Source of the DNA: Psilocybe cubensis
Taxonomy: Eukaryota
Assembly: GCA_017499595.2 (NCBI GenBank)
Contig: CM039007.1
Span: 124,001 to 188,000 of the forward strand
Reading direction: 5' to 3'
DNA length: 64,000 bases
The notes beneath the pieces are model-generated. The model saw nothing but the letters and a program-made list of their open reading frames with translations, searched no databases and was not told the DNA's origin. Of the stretch, positions 22,120-34,002 are shown piece by piece. Made by a program: the position numbers and the translations under genes. The number at the start of each line of letters is the position of its first letter. Position 1 is the first letter of the stretch.

Positions 22120-25013
22120 TCTCGAGTAAAGTGTGATATGAAGAGAAATTTGTTTGAGTCCTGTACAGGGAGGAAATCTGCTTTGTTTCTGGGGAAAGAA
22201 TGGTCAATACTACGAGCTTATATACCTTTCAGCCAGCAAATTATTTATCAAGCAAGCCTCCTTTTAGACATTGTTATTGAACGAATGTTTTTTTCCTACT
22301 TCCGAGATATGTTTGAGATATGTTTTAATGTCACTAGTTAGACTTGGCATCACTTCGGAACAGCTGAATTCCTGGCTGAGAACATTACAGACGTCAACGT
22401 ATCCTCATTATCCGGTCTAGGTCGTTGTTAACCCTTTTATCGAGTGTCCGTATTATATTCCAGATAGGATTGAAGACGGTGTAGTACAAAGCACATATAA
22501 CGAGGAGAGCTCTACGCCGGGCATTTGGATCAATGTGTCCGGGTTACACCCCTCGGCAGCATACGGCATGCAACCCAGTGTTAGCGCCCAACAGTGTTGG
22601 GCACAGCCGAGTGTGCCGCTTCCTTCGGCATTGTCTGGCGTTGTTTGTTTTCAACCTCCGTATAAGCAATTCAGGCACCCGATCGTTCTTGGCCCGCGAT
22701 ATCAGATTGCCATAATCATTTACGCTGCCACAGGACTGTAATGGGAGTAAGGGGCATTGAGCGCTCTTTTTCAAGGTAATCTACGGCGCTGTATCATACA
22801 GTGCAAAATATTTCTAATCCAATCTTCAACAACAAAAACCTGGTGCTGGACTTCGGAACTGCCTACCCAAATGTTCATATTTTAATTGTTCAAGTTTAGT
22901 GCAAACGTCGGCATACCTACACGACACGCGCACCGTCTAAGCATGATAACAAACTAATGTTCTCCGAGTAGTACCAGACGTGTGAACATTTGTCCCGTAA
23001 TACTCTAACAGGCGGTGTCAGTTTTAGACTAGTTTTAAAATTTATATGTCAGGGACTCACTATCGTTATTTTGTGGTCATGCATAGCCCGTGCTAATGTC
23101 GTAAGATTGTTGTCCGACTATCTCATGTATTCATGGTCTGATATTATGGCTGGAAGGCAGACATTCAGACTGTGAAATTACTGCATCAAATCCGTCAATG
23201 CAATCGTCATGCGCATTTTTTTTGACTGACAAGTTGAAAATGCCAAATGTACTCAGTGAAGTCATGTATGAGCGGACGTAGACAGTGTGCATTCGCCCGT
23301 GCGTACTAGCTAGATTATTTAATTCACGAGAAAGAGCAAATTGCGAGAAACGTGGTGGTACTCACAAGAGGTCTGACAGTCAAACACCAAAAGACTGAGA
23401 ATCGCATTGATCAAAATAAATTGAACCGATTTGAAAGGAAGGTTTTTTTTTTTGATGACATCATTGCTACCACTATCTGACTCCGGTGTATTTAACAATG
23501 TTTAATATTTGAGGAACTGGCCAGTGCTCAGGACATCAAAATATGTATAACCTATGTGAATATTTATAAAGGCAATATATGTGCTCATTTAATGAGATTC
23601 AAGAACTAGTGTAACACATTTAGGCATGGTATATATGTCGCTCCAGCGACGCAGGCTGGGAGAAAATTAAGCGGGAGTTATGACGGGGCTTATACTGCTA
23701 TAGTTGCAACTTGTATAGCTTGATAACAGAGTTGTCGGAGCATGCCGCTTTCAATACCGAGGTGACGTCGACTCGAAGAACCCTCTCATTCAGTCCAACG
23801 TCTGATCATGTGGTTCGGGTTTGAGGCTGGTATAGCTCGGCGTTTAATATTGACACACTTCCAAGAGGAGTCTTCCCACAGCCACCACATTTCTCGGCCG
23901 CTTGCATTAACTCTGTCTTAATCGAGACATCTCAAGAACTATCACCCTTTTTCTTATTCAATTGAGAACATTCCAGAAGGCAAGCAATGCGCAAAAGGCA
24001 GCGAAATCTGTGTAATTACATGGTTCGGTTTTCAAAGAATTAGCCCGAGTGATTCCCAAAACACAGCAGACATTGAAGATCATAGATCATCGGTTGGACC
24101 ATGGACGGGTTTGATGGGCAGTGCGCTCATATGCTTAGCTCTGAAAGTTGCACACTTCATCCAAATCCATATCTGCAAATCGCCACCTCGGTCCCATATG
24201 CATAATTCTCACAGCTAGTTCTTCTCTGTACAACTGAGAGTTATATAGAAACATGCAAGTATGAGCTCTGACGAGCTTTGTTACTCTTGGCACTGTGCTT
24301 CAATAACTGAACTGCTTGGGTGTAGTGAGGTAATATAATTATACCATGGAATCGAACAATTTTTACCACGTTTCTGCGGAGTTATCGGTGCTTCCGCCAT
24401 AATCATCTAAGCTACAAAATTCTCGCAGAGTCTGGTCGCTGTACGTGAATATCACTATAACTTTGCTCGAACACCTGCAGCCACCTTATATCCTTACAGC
24501 TCGTCCTTACATTGGTCCTGCCTAAGGTTATTTACAGTGGTGTAGAGCGCCACGGATTCTGCGCGAAGCATGTGTAAGCTTGGACGTAAATGACGATGTA
24601 AATGCCCTGAATTTGACTGAAGGAGTGGCGGGGCGGAAGGGCCGGCCGGCCCTTCTTGCCGCAAAGCTGTCGAAGTTTTGTCACCCAATCCTCCTTATGA
24701 TTGGTGTGATATGTAGTTTAACTTGATTGTACTATAACTAGCCCTTCAAAGCGCAATCGTTGCCTATGGTACAGTAGTAAATAAATTACACAAGTGAAGC
24801 TCCAATGCTATTGTTGCACCGGATACATCAGGAAAACAGGCGAGGATTAGAAGAGATATAAGATATAGAAGGGATAGTCCACATAATGTACCATTTTCTA
24901 TCTAACAATTTTTCTCTAAATGTTATCAACTACATGAAAATTTCCTATCAAATCCTATTCAACGAATTTTTTTCCATGTTTTACAGGGGTGAGTTATATT
25001 TCTATCAAGTCCA

Positions 25014-25100
25014 GAAAAACGATGCTCGTGCAGGATCGAACGCGTAACCTTACAAAAAAGGTCATTACAACTGTCAGACATAACCGCCACACCACAAAGG
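25014..25100 (-). pseudogene. tRNA-derived relic (degenerate tRNA or SINE-like head)
   Basis: The minus strand has an A-box-like GTGGTGTGGCGGTTA, a B-box GTTCGATCC about 45 nt later, and then TTTTT. The stems do not pair properly and there is an internal T6 run. Confidence 0.4.
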
Positions 25101-26424
25101 TGACACAAACTATTAAATGTTTAACACCCAAATTATCCCAACAACGCGGTCACGACACAAAATCAAGCCGATAAACGACTCATCACCAAGTTGAATGCGA
25201 AACCATAGCCTCGCGAGCCAGGCCTTCTGTGAATCTCGTCTCTTTTCTAGATAAGGCAGGTACCGAGTGATATGTTTGTACAAATGTTGTCTTTATTTAT
25301 GTCGTCAAACATTGATCGGAGTGCGAAAAGAGAGAGATTCACAGAAGGCCTGGGACAAACGGTTCGGATTTGAGGGAATCCTCGTTTTGTGACTCGGACT
25401 TAGTGAAAAAAACGCGATTTGCCTCAACAACAACCTTCCACAACTTAAAAAAAAAGTTGTCTACAGAATCATTTAGATAGGTTTCTTTTACAATAAAATT
25501 CATTTTTACAAGGTCACGAAAAAAAATTTTTTTGAGAAAAAAATGACTTGTAATTTGAGCCGAAAAATCATATATCATGGCGCAGGTGAACTGCGTCTAA
25601 GATTAGATGGCAGGTCCGGGCGGTTAATGAACCCAGTCTCTGCAGATGAAACAGACAATGAAAGAGACATACCTGCACATCCCACCTCCATCAAAAGTGA
25701 ACCTCTGGATACCCAGATTGTCCCAAATGCAGTCTCTACATCCTCTGTAGATTCAAATCATGCTTCAGCTTCAGACAGTATGGGCGAGTCTAGCATGCAG
25801 GGTTTGACCTTGACATGGATCTTGAGGAAATAGAGGAGGAGTACGATGTTATTGAGGATTCAGAGGATTCAGAATTTGAGGGGGAGGGGGACGGGTAGTG
25901 GTCGCAATCGGCGTAGTTGTTCGAATTTCAACAAGTCCGACGTGACAAAGCGTGACTCTGCCAAAACCGAACCGTTTGGCCCAGCCGTTTCTGACGAAAC
26001 CGAGCGGAGCTCGAAATATGCTGAGTCAGAAACGACTGGTGTACGAGCCTAGCGAAACCAGATTCAACTACGGATACAGCAAAATGACCCCGACAAAGCG
26101 CAGCGGGTATGGATTGCTCCTCCGTTGGAGGAGCACTTGTCGGATTCATCTCTCCGCGGACTTGGCGCGGCCGAAATATTTATTCACCCGACAAGTGATC
26201 CGATTTAATTTTTCGATCAAATGTTCAAACTCCGACCTACAAGCCATCCCGCGTTTTTCACGTTTAACACAAGTCCCAACTTACCACCATCTCCTACGTA
26301 TGCACAACCGTCGCAACACAATGAAGACACGACTCGGACGACGCCTGATGCAACAACACGATGTGTTCACCGCAGCTGTAAACATGACAAAGGGCGCGTG
26401 AGAGTCGTGAGGGGAGGCCAACAA

Positions 26425-26690
26425 GGTACGTGCATTCCTTCCACCTCCCTCAACTTGCCACCCTACTCCTACAACTACAGATGACACCACCGCCGTCTCT
26501 GCTCGGCTGCAAGTGAGGTACGTGCATTCTCCACCTCCCTTAACTTACCACCCTACTCCTACAATTACAGATCGCACCACTGCCATCTCTGCTCGGCTTT
26601 GAGTGAGGTACGTGCATTCCTTCCACCTTCCTAACTACCCCACTCCTACAACTACAGACAACACCGCCGCCGTCTGCTAGGCTGTGAGTG
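26425..26690 (+). repeat. Three tandem ~91-bp units, each an intron-like segment plus a 37-nt exon-like segment
   Basis: Units start at 26425, 26517 and 26607: G|GTACGTGCATTC..CT(C/T)AAC..CTACTCCTACAA(C/T)TACAG| followed by ..CACCAC(C/T)GCC(G/A)TCTCTGCTCGGCT..AGTGAG. Confidence 0.88.
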
Positions 26691-29185
26691 TTATTGTTCT
26701 TGTTGATATTGCTCGCTGACATGTACTATTGTAGCTTCAGCAAAACCTGATTAGCTTTCTAGCTATCCTCGCCCGTTGTCAATTCATGCCACCCTTCCAG
26801 GAAACTGTTAATCAGAATTGTCTTTGTAGACATGCTACGCTGTCCGTAAAACAGTGTGCAAGTGATCCCAGAGTGACTGGTTTGTTCACATAAGACACTG
26901 ATCTTCTCAATCGATATGTATTCAAATTTCGCCGACACCAAAACAACTTTCAAAGATCTTTTTGAAGCCGGGTTTTGCCTTATTGCCCAGGCCCCAGACT
27001 AAATTAAGCGCTGTTGACATACGCCGCCATCTTTGTCATTTTTACTTACCGGTTCATGCAAGATATCCCGATGTTGGTCGAATAAACAACTCTCATAGAT
27101 GGAGCGCATGTATCGATCGTTTCCCTGTGACCTAATTTTACATACCAGGATGGAGACAAATAATTAGCATGCTGTGACGGTCTGTACGGTTCCAATACTG
27201 GTTTGCCTTTACTGTTAAATAGGGCATTACTCCAACAATAGCACGTTCAGACTCCATATTTAGCATTGGATGGATTAACTATTCTAAATGTTTAGTTTGA
27301 TAAACTTGACAAACATCCTGCATACTGTACTGCCATTTCTTTTTAGACATGAGATTGCTCAAGTAACCCGGGCTTCCCGGCTTGTCAATGGAAGATGTTT
27401 CACGGTGTTCTTTCAGAAATATACCGGCAAGTTATCTCACTACAGATGATATTGTTTACTGGTAAGTCCTACAGATACTCTATAATCAGTACTACAATCA
27501 AGTATAGTGCGCTCTGTCCGTCTACATACCCAGATTAAGGTTTAAAACCATTTCCAGAATCTTATTAGAGACCGGATTCAATTCAATTCAAACCCTTTGC
27601 TGGAATAACTTATCAAATCATGTTTAATCAATGAAATTGTATCCAAATGAAATCATGGACAAAGTGATTAAAAATAAATTAATCCATCTGCTAATGATTA
27701 TCGCCTGTTAGAAGCTTTCATATTCATCACATACACATCATGGAGCTACTAGGGAAGAGCGGCGAATCAATGATTCAAAGCATAAGTCAACCTTTCTTTT
27801 AATACATGTAGTTTTTAATATTAGAGAGTATCATTGTATAATGATTAATGTTTTGTTTGATGACTTGTTCAGCTCTAAAAGGTGTGATTATTTTGCTACA
27901 GTTATATCTTCAGCGCTCTGTAGAGATTGTTTGATCGGATGTAATTACCCCTATTGTTTCTTAGATACATATGTGTGCACACTCATTCGTAAATTAGTAA
28001 CCATTGTAGCTATCCCACTGAGATGGCATTGCGTTAGTGCCTGAAGCTTGAATAAGCATGGGCATACTATAAATTTCTATGCCCTTATTCCCAGTTGATT
28101 CTCATTTTATTAATAAACGACCGATTCTCAGTACGCTCCTTCAGGAAGCATACCAATTTTCAATCTATGCAATAATTTAGACCCACCAACAAGATCACGA
28201 GTTTGGGCAACACAAAAATCGACTTCCATGTGGCACGGCAAGCAGCTTACTGTTACCTCGTTTCTGCAGCGATGGTGATCATACCACTGAATCCATTCTC
28301 GGTTTTCTTTTACGTTTTCTGGTCTGTTCAATATTATTGTGATGTATCTTGCTTGATTTTACGCTATCCCAAGAAGCACAATGTATAGTTTAGATGGTCA
28401 GGCAAGTGACCACCCTTCTTTTAGCTAATTTCTGTCACTTTAACTTCCTTTCGGTGCTACAGTCAGTACTATACATATACAAGTAGGTAAAGCAGCCACA
28501 ATGCTCATAATATTGGAGGTCCCAGTAAGAGTAAGCTTGATAAACTCCAACCAATTATTCCAGAGGGTCGCACTGATGAAAAACTGATAAAACCCCTACA
28601 GATTTTCGCATTTTTTCATTGATCTGTGGAACATAAATTTAGGCGTATATCTGTATAGCTAGAAGCGGTAGTTCTCTACTCAGTTGCTCCTGAAATGTCC
28701 TCGGAGATGGCCAATAGATCCACGCAGAACCGTTTAAGGCCATCTCTAACTAAATGTTATTACACATAGTTGCACTTACTGTAATATCGTGCCACAGCAG
28801 ATATGGTTTACACCAGGAGACAATGGCATAAATTTGGATACCTCAGCCATGGTGTTCCCTGCGGTAACTGCCGTCGCCTTTGGAGACACGATAAAGAAAT
28901 CACGACGGTGATATCATACAATATCAAACATCATTTTATTTTGTTGATAAGTAACTGACTTATCTTACTTGGGCCCTGCTTTGGCTTCACATGGCTAGAG
29001 GCTTGACTGTTTACGTCTACACACATATATATATAATCAAGCGTCTGAGAAGTCGGTCTCCGCGTTTTTGGAAACGGAGGGGACCGCGTATCTTTGCATG
29101 GTATTTTGCCTACTAAATGCACTAACAATAAAACAGAATATAAAATGTGGCTGTTTGTTAGCTCCTGTATCGGGTATTAGTACTA

Positions 29186-29865
29186 CAGTTGAACCCCTCT
29201 TAACCCATACCTCTCGGTGGACGGCTCAGGGTATGGGTTATCAGGGGTTATGGGTTTAGGGAGGTATGCTAAAAAACAGGCGTGAAAATTGGCGAAAAAA
29301 TCGTTAAAAATACTCAAAAAATTCCACGATGATAAGACGGATACCAATTAGATACATTTAAGGTACTACTAGCTATGATCTAAAATAATCAGACACTACA
29401 GTGTCTTTATTGTTCTGGTCACTTCAAGGTGCAGTTTTCTATTTAATGAGTCCAAAAGTGTTTCAATTGTACGGGCAGTAGGATTGTTCATGTCGCTGAT
29501 GTATTTGGTAATAACAGAGCGGGGTTGAAAAATTCCTTGCCGAATGATTGCCGAAGTTTCCAAGCAGTGTGTCGAGCCTCCGGCGAAAATTTTTCATTTT
29601 TTGTAGCTACGAGGAGTTTTCGGTGGTACATTACCCAAATAAGCCACCGGCGTACTAAATTTTGAAACAAAAATAAAGGTCCCAGCCTATATATGGTAGG
29701 TCAAACCTATGGGTTTTGAGAGCGAAGGGGTATGGGTTATGGGTTATTGGTGACTTATGGGTTATGGTGTGCAATTTCCTGCGAACCAACTTGGTGGACA
29801 GCCGGGGCTATTGGTTATGAGGGATTATGGGTTTTGAGAGGTATGGGTTAAGAGGGGTTCAACTG
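29186..29865. mobile_element. 680-bp MITE, Tc1/mariner(pogo)-type
   Basis: Perfect 30-bp TIRs CAGTTGAACCCCTCTTAACCCATACCTCTC (29186-29215 and 29836-29865), with TA on both sides (29184-85, 29866-67). Multiple internal TATGGGTT repeats; no coding capacity. Confidence 0.95.
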
Positions 29866-31116
29866 TACTTGTATTCTTCAACTTGGCCTACATCATACTG
29901 TATTACTATGCTCGTATATTTCGCACGTTTCAAGAAACTTTGAATATCATTTTTGGTACCATTGGACATTCCCACCAGTGAATGAGGATTACGTATATAT
30001 ATATGCCTTTAATCAATAAAACTCTACCGTCCATGAATGTAATGTAGAACTATAATTTGTGTAAATTATCTCATTTTTCTCCAGTAATTTCCATTTAAAT
30101 ATGAACATCGGGTCGGTCCTACAACGGCTTCGGGTGATACAAGACTTATTAAATGAATGCTTCTCATGAATGCCGAGGTAAAAGTTTTCAGTCCTGTCAC
30201 GCTAAGTGTAGTGAAATCGACATTCCCACCAGTGAGAACGCATAGGTATCAATTCGCAAATCTGTCTCTATGCAATTGGCCATCCGAATGCAAGCCATTT
30301 GAAGTAAATCTTACCCATGCGAGCTTTAATGTCATTACACCACTCTCAGGCCTGATATCATGCACATTGGTTTTCCCAGACCACCTTAAATCTACCCGCA
30401 TAGGGTCAAGCTATATAAAAGCAATATTCTTTGTCTTAAATTCAATAGCACTGCATATGGATGAATTCAATGGCATTTTGGATAGCTGCACATCATCTTG
30501 CGGCTATAAAAAAATCCTGCTGGAAGCAAATGATTCCTGGATAAACCAGAAGGAACATAGCAAACGCCGCGGATTTCATCGTGGAATTTATTTCACGCTT
30601 TGTAGAAAAATATTATAGGAAACTGTATCCCATCGCACGGACAGATGAAGCACTGGCTATTTCTTTCCAACACAGAAAAGGGGGTGGCCGCAGTCGAAAT
30701 TCGAACTTGCTTCCTCAAGTATGCATTAGGAAAACTATTTAGGGTGTTTAACATTTGATGTTGCACACGTGGCTCGTTTCCCATGCCTCTGAAAGACCTG
30801 TGAACTCCGTTAGGTGTTCTGTGGATGACAAAAAAGATCCGAAGATATTGTTAGCAAGAAATAAAAAGTTTGAATACAATATATCGTGAACCACTACGGC
30901 TCTTGAGTGCTCCCCGATTGCTCAGCTTCGCGGAACGGTGCGCAACGTAGCGACGCACAAGCCATTCGGGGTAAAGCTAACATATTAGAAGACATTTTTA
31001 ATATGTCGATCCAACCGAATATCGTGAGATTCAACTGTCTACAAGAAAAGAGTATCCGAGAGACCTTGTGAATTATAATGCGTGAACTAGGAAGGTCATA
31101 TTTGGGAGGACGAATT

Positions 31117-32648
31117 TTATCGATATTCTGCCCCACAATCGCCTATTGACGTAATAATAGTTCTGCCATTGGAACGATCTAGGACTGTCTCTATGACGGC
31201 ATTATCTTGGGGAGTCAAACGGAAGCCGAATATTTGTCGGTTTTCATCAGGATGCTCCGAAAGTCCCAGTCGCGCCCCTAAAGTGATCGGTCAATGCGAA
31301 AACTATCTCTCAGACGAAGGCATACCTATGATGACGGCCCCGACAAAAGAATGATCTAGCACCCAACGAGTGGCAACATTTGCAATGCTTCTGCCGTGAC
31401 GATCACCGATCGTGCGCAATACAACCAGCAGCGACTGAAATAACTCCCAAGTTCCCCACGCTTTCACTATCATGTCCAGATACTGTTCAGTCCGTCAGTC
31501 GAGCAAAACCCTGAAGCGGAGGAAGGACCGCGAAAAGAACCTTTCGCTGAGAGGGCGTGAGATCTCCGGAATACAGATCAGGCTCAGGAGACCCCAGCCA
31601 TTTATCTGATAAGAAGCCGCCACACTACAAATAGTCAATTTTTGTCGGGCTGAAGATGATGACGCACACGTACCAATGTCCCATATGTTAGAAGCTTGAT
31701 TCCATGTTTGTGACAAACATCAGCTAATCCGTGTAGAACTCTGGTGTCTATTATCGAGAACTTCGAGAAGAGATCGTTGTGATATGAAATTTGTCGAATA
31801 TTGGCGTTTGCCTACCTGAACTTGGTTCGAAACGATGACCCCAGGGCCTAGCTCAGTGCATATTTCATCTGTTCTGATTGCATCGAAGTTGCACAAGCCT
31901 ATGGCTGAAATTTTTCCCTCGTTTCTAAGGTCTGCGAGGTGTATCAGTGCAGTGATGTAACCCTTGTCAGAATAGTCGCCCCAATGAAACTGAACGTGCA
32001 TTTCTCAGGATATGGGCTAGATTATGTGAATAGATTGCGTACTTGCAACAAGTCAACACTGGTTGTTCTCATGCGCACCATGCGCTCTTCGATGGCAGAC
32101 TGGACGAAACTTCGAGAGGGAGACACATTCTTGTCGAAAACACACCATTTTGTCGCACCGATGACTTTTTCTGGTGAAGGTAAAGACGCTCGAAACTGGC
32201 CCTAGAGTATAGTTGAATGCATGCACATGCAGCCTTAATTCTATAAAGTGACTTACGAAGATCAGTTCTGCACTCCCGTAATGGTCAGCTAGAACAGCAA
32301 ACCATTAGTACATCATGGAGTTAGCACAACACGAGTGAGTATACCCTTTGAGCAACCAAGAACGCAAGGTATGTCAGATACGCGTTCAAAATCTAAATAT
32401 ATGCGACTGCACCATATCTACATATCCAACGCGTTGTAAGCAAACCGTGTAGTAGTGTAGTACGGACGAAAAATATACATACCAAAGGCCGTATAACCCA
32501 TATCGACATGGCGTCCCATTCCCTGGCGTACTTTTGAAACTGGTGCACTACCCCAAGCATTGCTGGAAAGCTGCCATAGGCCAACCCAGACTCTTGGGGC
32601 AATGAAAGGTCCTAGGCGAAAGGTTTCTTGAGGAGAAAGAGAAGACAT
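31117..32648 (-). CDS. Aldo/keto reductase family protein
   Basis: Spliced model includes GLWQLS, D(M)ADHYGSAE, ATKWC, VDLLQ|FHW, GKISAIGLCNFD, SNQVQ|FSIID, LLTYGTL|CGGFLSDKWLG, VATRWVL and IGDCGAEYR*. Confidence 0.9.
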
Positions 32649-33219
32649 TTTGGTATGAAGCTACAAGAACTCCATTAGAGGTTCTTATAACGCCAAAGAA
32701 TCAATTGACCGGAGCGCGTTCATAAGCTGACTACAAATAAGCCGGAAATGGTCGTGAGGAGACTGGGTTCGAGGCTTCAGCAACTTGCTCATGTCCAAAT
32801 GGACATGCCAGCGTGACACGGCAAACTAAACGCGACAGGAAACAGACTTTATTCATATTGATGCGGCAGGGTCAAATCTGGTGTAATTCAAGATTAAACA
32901 GTCCGCCTTGCGCTACCCGATTTATCGTCCCGTATGCTTCTGGGGAATCGCGCATTCTATGTGCTTTGGCGGCTACGAGAAAATATACCGGCAAACTTCA
33001 ATAGTTCCGCGGAATCAAATTCGATTACCTTATATTCGAATCTACAGATCTCATACGTTATCCACCCCTGAACCACATTCTTCGAAAGCATAGACATGGG
33101 CTCTATATAATGTCGAGGTAAGATAAATACGAGGGTATATCGCACAGTTTTCAAGACATCTTTCCCTAAACCAAAAGTCTCTCAGACCACTTCGTTTCAA
33201 ACCGACCCTAACCGACGCC

Positions 33220-34002
33220 ATGCCTGCACCCGACGCCACGTTTCGCCATATCGACTCAAAACCTGCCCTTGGACATGTGTATGTCTCTACTGGAGTTTAC
33301 TTCGACGTGTATCACTAACCTCGTCCAACCAGAAACCTAATGGTTGATACATTCATTGCCAACGCGACTGCTGATGAGTACGTTACCGTTTTGTGTCGCC
33401 ACGACGTCTGCTCACGTCGCTTTTCTTAGCCTACGTTCTATTGTGAGAAACCTGCTTGCAACAGGTCCCCCAGGAATTACTCCAGCGTTTGCCAATGCAG
33501 CACGCCTCCGTCTACGTCAGACAAGCACGAGACCGCTCCCTGACTCCTATTCACTTTTCCACGCGGAGACACGAGATTCACCTGCATCCCCACTACCTCA
33601 TCTTCACGAAGTTTTGACGCGTGCTCGGTCCATGTACGGTGCTGGACTAGGCTTCTCTAGTCTTGCTATCCTTGCTTCTATAGTGCGCGCCACTATAGGT
33701 CTCCGATGGGAAGACGACGGCGATATGGCGGATATCCTCGCCGTCATCGACGCTGACATTGGTCAAGCCATACAAGTGAGTTTCTTATCCCACACGAATA
33801 TAACACCCGACCTTATCAGACGCCTTCTCAGAGTTCGAAAGAAGAAATCCAAGGAAGTCGAGTCTTGGACTTTGCATCAGCACGTGAAGCGAGGGAAACA
33901 CTTCGTTGTGCAGTTCGCGACAGTATGGATGATGTGAAAACCTGGGGGGGAGAATTTCCTTTCGAACGAGCTAGCGCCAGTCTAGAGCATTGGAAAATAT
34001 GA
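33220..34002 (+). CDS. Hypothetical alpha-helical protein divergent from the AKR
   Basis: Four exons join in frame via GT-AG introns: MPAPDATFRHIDSKPALGHV|NLMVDTFIANATADD|LRSIVRNLL...IGQAIQ|SSKEEI...EFPFERASASLEHWKI*. Confidence 0.75.

Noticed and set aside
25981-26039. 15-bp inverted repeat CCAGCCGTTTCTGAC / GTCAGAAACGACTGG
   Set aside because: Too short and without a TSD; probably part of a decayed repeat whose limits I cannot define.
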